Origin: Candidatus Kaiserbacteria bacterium
GTDB taxonomy: Bacteria > Patescibacteriota > Minisyncoccia > Phycocordibacterales > Phycocordibacteraceae
DNA: 64,000 bases
NCBI GenBank assembly: GCA_029288835.1
Contig: JARIGN010000032.1
Coordinates: forward strand, 15,090 to 79,089
Reading direction: 5' to 3'
In this document: positions 19,849 to 28,130 of the stretch, one piece after another
How the letters are laid out: every line of letters starts with the position of its first letter
Position numbering within the stretch: the stretch's first letter is position 1
Notes under the pieces: model-generated
What the model saw: only the letters and a program-made list of their open reading frames with translations
Told to the model about the DNA's origin: nothing
Databases searched by the model: none
Translations under genes and position numbers: made by a program

Positions 19849-21639
19849 ATGTTTCCGCTATTTGATTCACTGGATGAGAAAATTCGCGAAGAACTTCGCG
19901 AATATGATGATCTTGTAGCTGCGCTCCTCGCGCGCCGTGGAGTAACCAATGCTGAGGAAGCGCAGGCATTCCTTTCTCCTTCCTATGAAGCACATCTTGG
20001 GAACCCACTCGAGATTAAAGACATGGAAAAGGCGTCAAAGCGCATCGCTGCCGCACTGAACGCAGGGGAACGCATTGCGGTGTGGAGTGACTATGACTGC
20101 GACGGCATTCCCGGTGGCGTCGTGCTCCATGATTTTTTTAAAAAGGTTGAGGCAAATTTCTGTAACTATATCCCGCATCGCCACCATGAGGGGTTTGGCC
20201 TCAACAAAGAAGGGATCGACAAACTGCATGCTGATGGCGTGACGCTCATCATCACCGTCGATTGCGGCATTGCTGATGCTGCGTGCGTAAAGCATGCGAA
20301 CTCACTTGGTATCGAGGTCATTATCACCGACCATCACCTCGTGGGGGAAGAGTTACCGGAAGCGTATGCAATAGTGGACCCAAAGCAGGAGGGAGAAACG
20401 TACCCATACAAAGATTTTTGCGGTGGCGGCCTTGCCTGGAAACTGGTTTGTGCAATGCTCGTGCTTCCTAGCTCTGCGAAGGATGAGGATAGCGAAGAAG
20501 CTCCGGCATTTAAAGGCCGCGAGCTCATAAAGGAAGGATGGGAAAAGTGGTTGCTTGATATGGCAGGGCTCGCAACGATCGCCGACATGGTGCCGCTCAC
20601 GGGAGAGAATCGCATCATTGCAAAGTATGGTTTGCTCGTGATGCGGAAGAGTCCGCGCATAGGTTTGCAGAAACTTTGCAAAGCAGCGCGCGTTGATCAA
20701 AAGTCTCTCACGGAAGACGATGTAGCCTTCATGCTTGCGCCGCGCGTGAACGCGGCTTCGCGCATGGGGGATGCAATTGATGCGTTCAAACTTTTCACGA
20801 CAACGGACGAGGATGAAGCAGACATGCTTGCGAAGAAACTCGAGGCAACGAACAGGAGCCGCCGCGCTTCCAGCGCGGCGGTCACGAAGCGCGTGCACGA
20901 ACGTCTCGAAGAAAAGAAAATGCTCGGCGAGGCAATTCCCGACGTCATCGTCATGGGTGACCCCGAGTGGCGTCCAGGGCTTTTGGGTCTCGTGTGCAAT
21001 AGCGTGTCTGAGGAATATCAGCGGCCAGTCTTTCTGTGGGGAAGAGAGGGAAGCAATACTCTGAAAGGCTCATGCCGTGCCGGCCGCCCCGACGTAAACC
21101 TTTTGAAACTTATGCAGGCTGCGCCAGCAAATACCTTTATAGAGTTTGGCGGTCACAAAGCATCCGGGGGCTTTTCCGTGCAGGAAGAAGCGATTCATTC
21201 GCTTGAGGAACGGCTAAATGCTGCGTATGCCTCAATGGAGTTCGCGGTGTTTGAAGAGGATGAACGTGCCGATGGCGAGCTTGCCATTCATGCAGCAACG
21301 GTAAAGTTTCTCCATACGCTCGATAAGCTTGCGCCATTTGGTATGGGGAATCCAAAGCCAACGTTTGTTATGCGAAATGTCACGCTTGAAAAAGTAGCAT
21401 GGTTTGGAAAGAGTGGTGAGCATTTGCGTTTGCGCATCGTGCCGAGCAATGCAGATAGTCTCGAGTATTCTTTTTCAAGCACATCAATTGAAGGAATCGC
21501 CTTTTATGCAAAACGCGAGCTTGGGTCTATTTGCTCCGAGCTTAAAGAAGGCGAGACGAGGACGCTCCTTGTGACGCTCGAGCGCGACACCTTTTCACGC
21601 GGCCAGCCAGTGCGCTTGCGCCTTATTTCGATAGGGTAA
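19849..21639 (+). CDS. recJ: Single-stranded-DNA-specific exonuclease RecJ (DHH/DHHA1)
   Basis: DHH motifs (VWSDYDCDG, ITVDCG, ITDHH) and DHHA1 region GGHKASGG. Confidence 0.9.
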   Translation: MFPLFDSLDEKIREELREYDDLVAALLARRGVTNAEEAQAFLSPSYEAHLGNPLEIKDMEKASKRIAAALNAGERIAVWSDYDCDGIPGGVVLHDFFKKVEANFCNYIPHRHHEGFGLNKEGIDKLHADGVTLIITVDCGIADAACVKHANSLGIEVIITDHHLVGEELPEAYAIVDPKQEGETYPYKDFCGGGLAWKLVCAMLVLPSSAKDEDSEEAPAFKGRELIKEGWEKWLLDMAGLATIADMVPLTGENRIIAKYGLLVMRKSPRIGLQKLCKAARVDQKSLTEDDVAFMLAPRVNAASRMGDAIDAFKLFTTTDEDEADMLAKKLEATNRSRRASSAAVTKRVHERLEEKKMLGEAIPDVIVMGDPEWRPGLLGLVCNSVSEEYQRPVFLWGREGSNTLKGSCRAGRPDVNLLKLMQAAPANTFIEFGGHKASGGFSVQEEAIHSLEERLNAAYASMEFAVFEEDERADGELAIHAATVKFLHTLDKLAPFGMGNPKPTFVMRNVTLEKVAWFGKSGEHLRLRIVPSNADSLEYSFSSTSIEGIAFYAKRELGSICSELKEGETRTLLVTLERDTFSRGQPVRLRLISIG

Positions 21640-21670
21640 TGAGGACAAAGAGAGGTGGTACTATATCTTT

Positions 21671-22051
21671 ATGAATTTAAAAAGCAGGAGGTTCATAACG
21701 CTCACTTTGCCCTGCATCTTGCTTGTGGTATTTGGATATGGAATTTTTACCGCAAATAGTATGGTGCAAGAAAGTTTTTGCTGGGGAGCATTTGGCTGTG
21801 ACTACTATGTTGGAAATCTGACCACAGCATCCTATATAGGTATAGTGCTTATCGCGATAGGGGTGGTGTTCGGGTTTGAAAGTCTTTTGCCCGCAAAGAC
21901 TTCGTTCATGAAAAGAATTTTCCTTGCACTCGTGCCACTGCTTCTTCTTGGGTTGAGTTGTGCCGTTTGGAATATGGTGCCGAGAGTTTTTCCAGGAGTT
22001 CGTTTTTCAGCTACCCCAGAAGAGATTCCTGTACCTGCCCCTGGCATATAA
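21671..22051 (+). CDS. Small membrane protein, hypothetical
   Basis: Three predicted TM helices and conserved Cys/Trp cluster CWGAFGCDYY. Confidence 0.4.
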   Translation: MNLKSRRFITLTLPCILLVVFGYGIFTANSMVQESFCWGAFGCDYYVGNLTTASYIGIVLIAIGVVFGFESLLPAKTSFMKRIFLALVPLLLLGLSCAVWNMVPRVFPGVRFSATPEEIPVPAPGI

Positions 22052-22052
22052 A

Positions 22053-22577
22053 TTATTTCGCACCAAGTCTTTTTAATTCACGTGAGAGTGCGCGCCGCCT
22101 TCCTTCAACGGTGGTCTTAATACCAAACTCCTTTCGGCGCTTGTCGACATTTTTTGCATCTCGAATACGACGAACGGTAACGGTACTACCTTCAGTGTCA
22201 TAGAGCGTACCAAACAAAAGCGGCTTGCCTTCATTCGATAGAATGCGGTCAGTAATATAGGCAATCTCTTGGAGAGGAACTTCCTTTGGATTTTTCTTGT
22301 AGGCACGTTTAAGAAGGGAAAGGGCATCCTTTTGAAAGGATAGGTCATGGTCTGCATGGCGGATCATGAGACACATTCCTTCTGCCGCCTTTTTGCCAAT
22401 CAGCGTATGGGTTGGCCAGCCATACTCTGTAAATACTTTTTTCAACCAGGCGCTATTTTTCCGGTCGAGCTTTTTATAGTCAGTGCGCTTCGCTTTGCCT
22501 GCCACCTGTGCCTCACGCACTTTCTGCTCTTCAGCAACCCTTCGGAGTATTTCTTGGGCGAGCTCTTTGTTCTGCAT
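22053..22577 (-). CDS. Hypothetical basic protein
   Basis: A 174-aa ORF. The start was placed at MQNKELAQEIL. It is divergent from rnhA. Confidence 0.4.
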   Translation of the reverse strand: MQNKELAQEILRRVAEEQKVREAQVAGKAKRTDYKKLDRKNSAWLKKVFTEYGWPTHTLIGKKAAEGMCLMIRHADHDLSFQKDALSLLKRAYKKNPKEVPLQEIAYITDRILSNEGKPLLFGTLYDTEGSTVTVRRIRDAKNVDKRRKEFGIKTTVEGRRRALSRELKRLGAK

Positions 22578-22604
22578 GGTCAAAGTATAGCGTATACTTC
22601 TGGA

Positions 22605-23030
22605 ATGGAATTTACGATTTTCGCTGATGGTGGCTCGCGAGGTAATCCTGGCCCGGCAGGCGCTGGTGCGATAGTGCGCGATCAAGAAGGAAAGGTAGTC
22701 GCGAAAATATCAGAATACATCGGCATCAATACCAATAACGTAGCGGAATATACCGGCATACTTTCTGCACTCGAGGCCCTGTATGACAAGCTTGGAAGTG
22801 AAGGAAGTGCTTCAGCGAGCGTGGTGGTGAAGATGGACAGTATGCTCGTCGTGAAGCAGATGAATGGGGAGTACCGCATTAAGCATCTAAACCTGCAGCC
22901 ACTCGCCGCGCGGGTAAACGAGATGCGCCGGAAATTTAAGAGCGTAAGTTTCGCGCATGTGTATCGCGAACATAACAAGGAAGCAGATGCGCTAGCAAAC
23001 AAAGCGATGGATAAGGGGATGGGGCGATAG
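22605..23030 (+). CDS. rnhA: Ribonuclease HI
   Basis: IFADGGSRGNPGPAGAGA with downstream E and D catalytic residues and HNKEADALA. The start was placed at MEFTIFADGG. Confidence 0.85.
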   Translation: MEFTIFADGGSRGNPGPAGAGAIVRDQEGKVVAKISEYIGINTNNVAEYTGILSALEALYDKLGSEGSASASVVVKMDSMLVVKQMNGEYRIKHLNLQPLAARVNEMRRKFKSVSFAHVYREHNKEADALANKAMDKGMGR

Positions 23031-23043
23031 GAGAATTATGAAA

Positions 23044-23349
23044 AGAAAAAGCTAGGACCGAAATCCTAGCTTGAGAGTATGAATTAGTATAAACGAGCAT
23101 ATCTTCTGACAAGTCGGCGTGCGCGAGAACGATGGGTCAGGTTGTGCTTCCGCACTTTCTTGGGTAGCGAGGGTGGCATGTTCAGAATTAGAATGAGCTT
23201 TGGCAGCTCTTGGGGCGGCAGACTGTTCTTGCCTGCATGCTTCAGAAAGTGAGTTACACGTATCACAACTGCGCGAGCTCCCGTTATGCTTTGACTCACT
23301 CGGGATTTTGTTGGCACCACCGGTATCTCCAAGTAATGTTCAGTAGTTC
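23044..23349 (-). ncRNA. Candidate approximately 300-nt non-coding transcript (class unknown) bounded by a consensus promoter and an intrinsic terminator
   Basis: Minus-strand TTGACA-N17-TATAAA promoter at 23356-23384. Minus-strand terminator GCTAGGAtttcggTCCTAGC + TTTTTCTTTT at 23046-23078. The only ORF in the span is a TTG-initiated 82-aa basic ORF (23084-23332) with no SD. Confidence 0.35.
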
Positions 23350-23355
23350 TCTCGA

Positions 23356-23384
23356 TTTATATAATAAGTATTATGTTTTGTCAA
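23356..23384 (-). promoter_or_regulatory. Sigma70-like promoter TTGACA-N17-TATAAA
   Basis: Minus strand: tTTGACAaaacataatacttattaTATAAAtcgag. Confidence 0.55.
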
Positions 23385-23447
23385 AACTCAGCAAAATTTT
23401 AAAACTTCTTGAGGAAAATTTGATGTGCAAATTCGTAGGATGGGAGG

Positions 23448-25034
23448 ATGCTCTCTTGCCTGCGAGGAAAAAGGTTTTTTGTCGGTATAGGTACCTTCTT
23501 GTTTGGAGTTGTTTTAGGCACGATAGGACAGGCACTTACTTTGAGAGAGATATTCTTGTGTGTTGGTGTGGGAATACTCGCAGGGATGCTCGGATGTGTT
23601 TGTGAGAAATATAGCAATGCCCGTGTGTTATTTTTAGCGACCGGCATTGCTTCTTTTTGCTTTTGTGTAGGTTCACTTCGTGCAGAGCATGAGCCACACG
23701 TTCTACCGCCAGAGTTTACCTCACTTCTTTCGCAGCCTGTTTCCCTTGAGGGAGTAATCGTCGCGGATCCAGACATTCGCGCAAAGAATCAGCAACTTGT
23801 GGTCCTAGTGAGGAAGGGCGGAGCGCAAACTCGGCTGCTCGTTTTTGCGCCGCTCTTTCAGCATTTTGAATATGGCGAAGAAGTATTACTTGCGGGAACG
23901 CTCACCGCACCTGCACCTTTCACCACCGATACGGGCCGCCTCTTTCGCTATGACACATACCTCGCGCAAAAACAGATCTTTGCGACGGTGCCGCAGGCGA
24001 GTCTTTTAGAGGTGCAGCAACCGCATGGATTTCTTACTCATGTTGTTGACACGCTTTTCGATATCAAACATATTTTTATTGCAGGCCTTGGTCGAGCGCT
24101 CCCTAATGCGCTCGCAAAACTGGCAACCGGCATTCTCACGGGGAACCAGCACCAGATTCCAGAAGCTACTCTTGCGGCACTTGAGCTTTCCGGGATGCTT
24201 TGGATTGTCGTGCTCTCCGGATACCATGTCACGCTCATTGCTTCGAGTATTAAAGCAGTAACAAGTTTCTTGCCGCGACGCTTCCAATATTTTTGTATCG
24301 TTGGTGGTGTCGCGGCAATCATCTTTGCAACGGGAGCAAGTGCACCTTCGCTTCGCGGCGCGCTCATGGCTGGGCTCTCACTCTATGCACGAGCTACGCA
24401 CCGCACCTATGACGCGCTCCGTGCGCTTAGTGTCGTAGTGGCTGGCATGCTTTTGTGGAATCCTTTTTTGCTCGTCTATGATTTTGGGTTTCAGCTTTCC
24501 ATTCTAGTGACTCCCGCAATACTTCTGGGGGTACCGATTCTGGAGTCTCGGCTACTTTGGATACACTCAAAACATATACGTGAAGTGGTGGCAGTGAGTA
24601 CCGTTGCGCAGCTCGCATGCCTCCCGCTCGTGCTCTGGCAAACAGGCAGCTTGGAGCTCTGGGCCATTCCTGCAAATATCCTCACCATGTGGCTCGTGCC
24701 GCTCGCGATGGTTTCTTCTTTTGCTGCAGGTATCGCTGGTATCTTTCTTCCACCAATAGCTTCGCTTACTCAAGTCTCCCCGCTCGCTTCGCTCGCGGGC
24801 CTTCCCGCATACTACACACTCAGCTACCTCTCCTTCATAGCAAAAAGCGCCGCATCACTTCCGTATGCAGCGCTCTCGGTTCCTGACTTTTCTTTTGCGT
24901 ATGTCGTGCTGATGTACCTCTTCCTCATCGTGCTTTTCGCACGTCTTCGTCGAAAAGAAATCTACACCACTTCGCTCAAGAAACGCTTCTCGATTACTTC
25001 CCAGTTTACGTTTTCCAAAAACGCCTCGACATAG
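23448..25034 (+). CDS. comEC: ComEC/Rec2 competence channel protein, N-terminal DUF4131 + competence domains only (no lactamase domain)
   Basis: A polytopic membrane protein with the DUF4131-like N-terminus and the competence domain (LWIVVLSGYHVTLI, SLRGALMAGL). It terminates before any metallo-beta-lactamase domain. Confidence 0.75.
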   Translation: MLSCLRGKRFFVGIGTFLFGVVLGTIGQALTLREIFLCVGVGILAGMLGCVCEKYSNARVLFLATGIASFCFCVGSLRAEHEPHVLPPEFTSLLSQPVSLEGVIVADPDIRAKNQQLVVLVRKGGAQTRLLVFAPLFQHFEYGEEVLLAGTLTAPAPFTTDTGRLFRYDTYLAQKQIFATVPQASLLEVQQPHGFLTHVVDTLFDIKHIFIAGLGRALPNALAKLATGILTGNQHQIPEATLAALELSGMLWIVVLSGYHVTLIASSIKAVTSFLPRRFQYFCIVGGVAAIIFATGASAPSLRGALMAGLSLYARATHRTYDALRALSVVVAGMLLWNPFLLVYDFGFQLSILVTPAILLGVPILESRLLWIHSKHIREVVAVSTVAQLACLPLVLWQTGSLELWAIPANILTMWLVPLAMVSSFAAGIAGIFLPPIASLTQVSPLASLAGLPAYYTLSYLSFIAKSAASLPYAALSVPDFSFAYVVLMYLFLIVLFARLRRKEIYTTSLKKRFSITSQFTFSKNAST

Positions 25035-25558
25035 TTTTTCTTTTCTGCAGGCATATAGTCCACCATGAAGGCATGTTCCCACATGTCGATAGCCAGTATG
25101 ATCGGGAGGCCAGCGAGCTGTCCAACTTCCTGGTCGGTGATCCACGCCGTATGGAGCTTTCGTGCCGCAGGGTCATAGTAAACGATGGTCCATCCCACGC
25201 CGCGGGTACCGCATACCTCTTTTATGTGTGCAATGAAATTGTCCCAGCTACCATAGCGGTCAACGGCAGCGTCCATAAGTGGGCTCTCTGCCTGGGGGCG
25301 AAGCGAGCCATTCTCAAGCTGCTCGAAGTAATATTCGTGCATGCGCATGCCGTCGAATTCGAAATTGAAGCGGCGGCGAAGTTCCGCCATGAGGTAGGCG
25401 TTGCCCTCGGCGTCTTGCGAGCGGAGCTCCTCAATCTTATCCATAATGAGATTTGCATGTTTGATGTAGCCCTCGTAGAGGGCGAGGTGTACGTCGATCT
25501 GCTTTTGGGAAATTCCCTTAAGTTCAGGGATGGCGAAGGTGCGGGGTGAATACATCAT
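24962..25558 (-). CDS. sod: Fe/Mn superoxide dismutase
   Basis: N-terminal helical hairpin with HH..HH pattern, C-terminal DMWEHAF and QEVGQLAG motifs. Its 3' end overlaps the comEC 3' end by about 70 nt in convergent orientation. Confidence 0.9.
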   Translation of the reverse strand: MMYSPRTFAIPELKGISQKQIDVHLALYEGYIKHANLIMDKIEELRSQDAEGNAYLMAELRRRFNFEFDGMRMHEYYFEQLENGSLRPQAESPLMDAAVDRYGSWDNFIAHIKEVCGTRGVGWTIVYYDPAARKLHTAWITDQEVGQLAGLPIILAIDMWEHAFMVDYMPAEKKNYVEAFLENVNWEVIEKRFLSEVV

Positions 25559-25613
25559 AAAAATTGTATGTTCTGTTAATAATTACTTTATCTCAGTATG
25601 GCATGATAGCTGG

Positions 25614-26552
25614 ATGCTGCCTACCACATCCTTGGTGCCCCGTTCATTTTATAAGATATTTTCGTACGTTGCCATTGGCGGTCTCGTTTTACTTGTCCTA
25701 TTTCTGTATGGAAGAATCGCGCTTGAGTATCTCTATGGCACAAGATTTGCCCATGCTTCAGGAGTGCTAAAAGTCTCCGTGCTCAATATCGGACAGGGCG
25801 ACTCTATTCTCATCCAAGGACCCACCGGAAAGACCATGCTTGTGGATGCTGGTCCGGGGGACACGGTGCTTGATAGGCTCGCGGAAGAGCTTGGCCCGTT
25901 AAACCATCATCTTGATATGGTTGTGGAAACGCATCCCGATGCAGACCATATCACTGGTTTTGAGTATGTGCTCCAAAAATATACTGTTTCGCAATTCATG
26001 ACGCCTGGCATCCCTGACTCCACGAAGACCTTTCTCGCGGTAGACCAGGAGGCAAGTGCTCTTGAGAGTAGCCATGCGTTGCAAAAGATAACGGCAAGGC
26101 GTGGGATGAGGATCGATCTCGGGGGAGGGGCGTATGCTGATGTCCTGCATCCTGACCGTGACCTCTCACAGGAGACCGTCACCAACGACGGCTCCATCAC
26201 CATGCATCTGGTGTATGGAAAGACGTCTTTCATGCTTACCGGTGACCTGCCCACTAATGTCGAAAATTGGCTCGTGCAGCTCGATGCTAAAGACGGGGAA
26301 CTGCCAACGGATGTATTAAAAGTGGGGCATCATGGCTCGAAGTATTCCACGGGAAGTGCGTGGCTTGCTGCGCTCCATCCGTCCGTGGCGGCAATTTCTG
26401 TCGGAAAGAATAATCGCTACGGGCATCCCGCTCCGGCGACACTTGACCGCATTAAAGCTGAAGGCGCGACTATCTATATGACGGAAGACTCCGGCACGCT
26501 CGACTTCATAAGCGATGGTGAAAAGATAACTGAACACTCGGAAGGATTATAG
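25614..26552 (+). CDS. Membrane-anchored metallo-beta-lactamase-fold protein (ComEC C-terminal lactamase-like domain encoded separately)
   Basis: VLNIGQGDSILIQ ... VVETHPDADHITG ... VGHHGS motifs of the MBL fold as in the ComEC C-domain, plus an N-terminal TM helix. The start was placed at the internal ATG at 25614 so it does not overlap sod. Confidence 0.7.
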   Translation: MLPTTSLVPRSFYKIFSYVAIGGLVLLVLFLYGRIALEYLYGTRFAHASGVLKVSVLNIGQGDSILIQGPTGKTMLVDAGPGDTVLDRLAEELGPLNHHLDMVVETHPDADHITGFEYVLQKYTVSQFMTPGIPDSTKTFLAVDQEASALESSHALQKITARRGMRIDLGGGAYADVLHPDRDLSQETVTNDGSITMHLVYGKTSFMLTGDLPTNVENWLVQLDAKDGELPTDVLKVGHHGSKYSTGSAWLAALHPSVAAISVGKNNRYGHPAPATLDRIKAEGATIYMTEDSGTLDFISDGEKITEHSEGL

Positions 26553-26577
26553 TCTTGTAGCAGGAAGGAAATTGAAA

Positions 26578-26617
26578 CAAAAAATCCGGCGCCCTGAATG
26601 GATTCGCCGGATTTTTT
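26578..26617. terminator. Bidirectional intrinsic terminator
   Basis: aaaaaaTCCGGCGccctgaatggattCGCCGGAtttttt lies between the lactamase-domain gene (+) and rpmB (-). Confidence 0.75.
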
Positions 26618-26634
26618 CGTTTTACTTCGCTGAC

Positions 26635-26880
26635 TTACTTCACTACTCCTGCTTTCTTGAGTGTCGCGTATGCGCCGTTCTTCTTTACGTGGCGGTAGCC
26701 CTTGATGGACATGTCGACAAGGATCGTCTTATTCAGCTCCGGTACGAATACACGGCGCTTCTGGAGGTTGGCCTTGCGGCGTACTTTCCCGGTTGGATTG
26801 AACTGCGTAGCACGCGTACGGTTTGAGTACCGTCCGCCTACTTGGGTTGTCTTTCCGGTGATTGCACAGCTTCTTGGCAT
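26635..26880 (-). CDS. rpmB: 50S ribosomal protein L28
   Basis: MPRSCAITGKTTQVGGRYSNRTRATQ ... RRVFVPELNKTIL matches the L28 pattern. The start was placed at the internal ATG. Confidence 0.85.
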   Translation of the reverse strand: MPRSCAITGKTTQVGGRYSNRTRATQFNPTGKVRRKANLQKRRVFVPELNKTILVDMSIKGYRHVKKNGAYATLKKAGVVK

Positions 26881-26923
26881 AGTTGTAGCATGGTAGCATA
26901 GGCATACCAATTTAAGCAACACC

Positions 26924-27565
26924 ATGGCTTCCGACCCCTCCCTCAGCATTTTTGTCATCGTCATACTCATACTTTCCATCATCATGCACGAGGTGGCGCA
27001 CGGATACGCGGCCTTTATGCTCGGGGACCCTACCGCCAAAAATCAGGGCCGTCTCACTCTAAATCCTCTCGCCCATATCGACCTCTTTGGCTCTATTCTC
27101 GTGCCGGCGATTCTCGTGCTCGGGAATGCCGGCGTGCTCTTTGGGTGGGCGAAACCTGTTCCCTACAACCCGTACAATTTGCGGAACCAGCGTTGGGGTG
27201 AAGCGATCGTCGGCATTGCGGGCGTCGCAACTAATCTCGTCCTCGCGCTTCTTTTTGCGCTCATCACCCGTGTCGCACTCATGCAAGGCGACATACTTTT
27301 CGGTACGCTTGCGTCGATGATTGCACTCGTGAATTTGTCGCTCGGCTTTTTTAATCTTATTCCTATTCCACCACTCGATGGGTACACGGTGCTTCGCGGC
27401 ATTCTTCCTCCGCGCGCATCGATGGCATTCCGCGCATGGGAGCAGCGCATCTACGGAAGCAATCTGCTCACGCGCTTTATCATACTTTTTGTATTCGTCT
27501 ATCTCTTCTCGACCCCGTTCTATATTTTTATTCAATACCTTTTCCATATCCTAACGGGAGTGTAG
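26924..27565 (+). CDS. Site-2 protease family (M50) zinc metalloprotease
   Basis: HEVAHG zinc motif in a TM helix, downstream LDG motif (IPIPPLDGYTVL), and a polytopic membrane topology. Confidence 0.8.
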   Translation: MASDPSLSIFVIVILILSIIMHEVAHGYAAFMLGDPTAKNQGRLTLNPLAHIDLFGSILVPAILVLGNAGVLFGWAKPVPYNPYNLRNQRWGEAIVGIAGVATNLVLALLFALITRVALMQGDILFGTLASMIALVNLSLGFFNLIPIPPLDGYTVLRGILPPRASMAFRAWEQRIYGSNLLTRFIILFVFVYLFSTPFYIFIQYLFHILTGV

Positions 27566-27605
27566 TCCTCAGGAAAGTCAGCGACAAAATTTTCACAAGC
27601 AAAAT

Positions 27606-27914
27606 ATGCACTCTGAAAATTCTTCGTACCCTAAGCCTGGCTACTACAAACACTTTAAGCATGACCCAGAGGGGACGCCGCTGAATTATGTGTACGAAGT
27701 GGTTGGTGTCGCGAAGCATACGGAGACCGAAGAATTGAGTGTCATATACCGGCCACTCTACAAGAATGACTTTATCGGTGAGGCACACTTTTTCTCCCGA
27801 CCTCTCTCGATGTTTATGGAGACGGTCACTATGAATGGTGTGCATGTGCCGCGCTTTGAACGCATAACCGACCCTACCTTGCTCCAGGAAATTTCTGAAC
27901 TAGCAGCGCCTTAA
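27606..27914 (+). CDS. DUF1653-family protein
   Basis: GYYKHFK ... YVYEVVGVAKHTETEE ... VIYRPLY resembles the DUF1653 signature. Confidence 0.55.
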   Translation: MHSENSSYPKPGYYKHFKHDPEGTPLNYVYEVVGVAKHTETEELSVIYRPLYKNDFIGEAHFFSRPLSMFMETVTMNGVHVPRFERITDPTLLQEISELAAP

Positions 27915-28003
27915 GGTGGCTTCATGAAGCTTCGTAAAAAGTTCCACGAGCTGATTGTATAGACGTACTGCTCTAGAAAACTCTTTTTCACCAATTCGCA
28001 ACG

Positions 28004-28050
28004 GTAGACCACTCGTTGCACCTACAAGTGGTCTACACATTGCATTTTTT
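28004..28050 (+). terminator. Hairpin with perfect 10-bp stem followed, after an 8-nt gap, by T6 (atypical terminator)
   Basis: GTAGACCACTcgttgcacctacaAGTGGTCTACacattgcaTTTTTT. Confidence 0.4.
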
Positions 28051-28130
28051 AGGAATGTCGGATGAACCCTCTTCTACCCCATTAGCGTGGAATGGCCTAT
28101 ACACTTAGTTTCACGCCTTCTCTGCAGAAA

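Noticed and set aside
23084-23332. 82-aa basic ORF as ribosomal protein L34/L35/L36
   Set aside because: It aligns with none of the small r-protein consensus sequences. It uses a TTG start with no SD, 17 nt from the predicted TSS. Kept only as a possible product of the candidate transcript.
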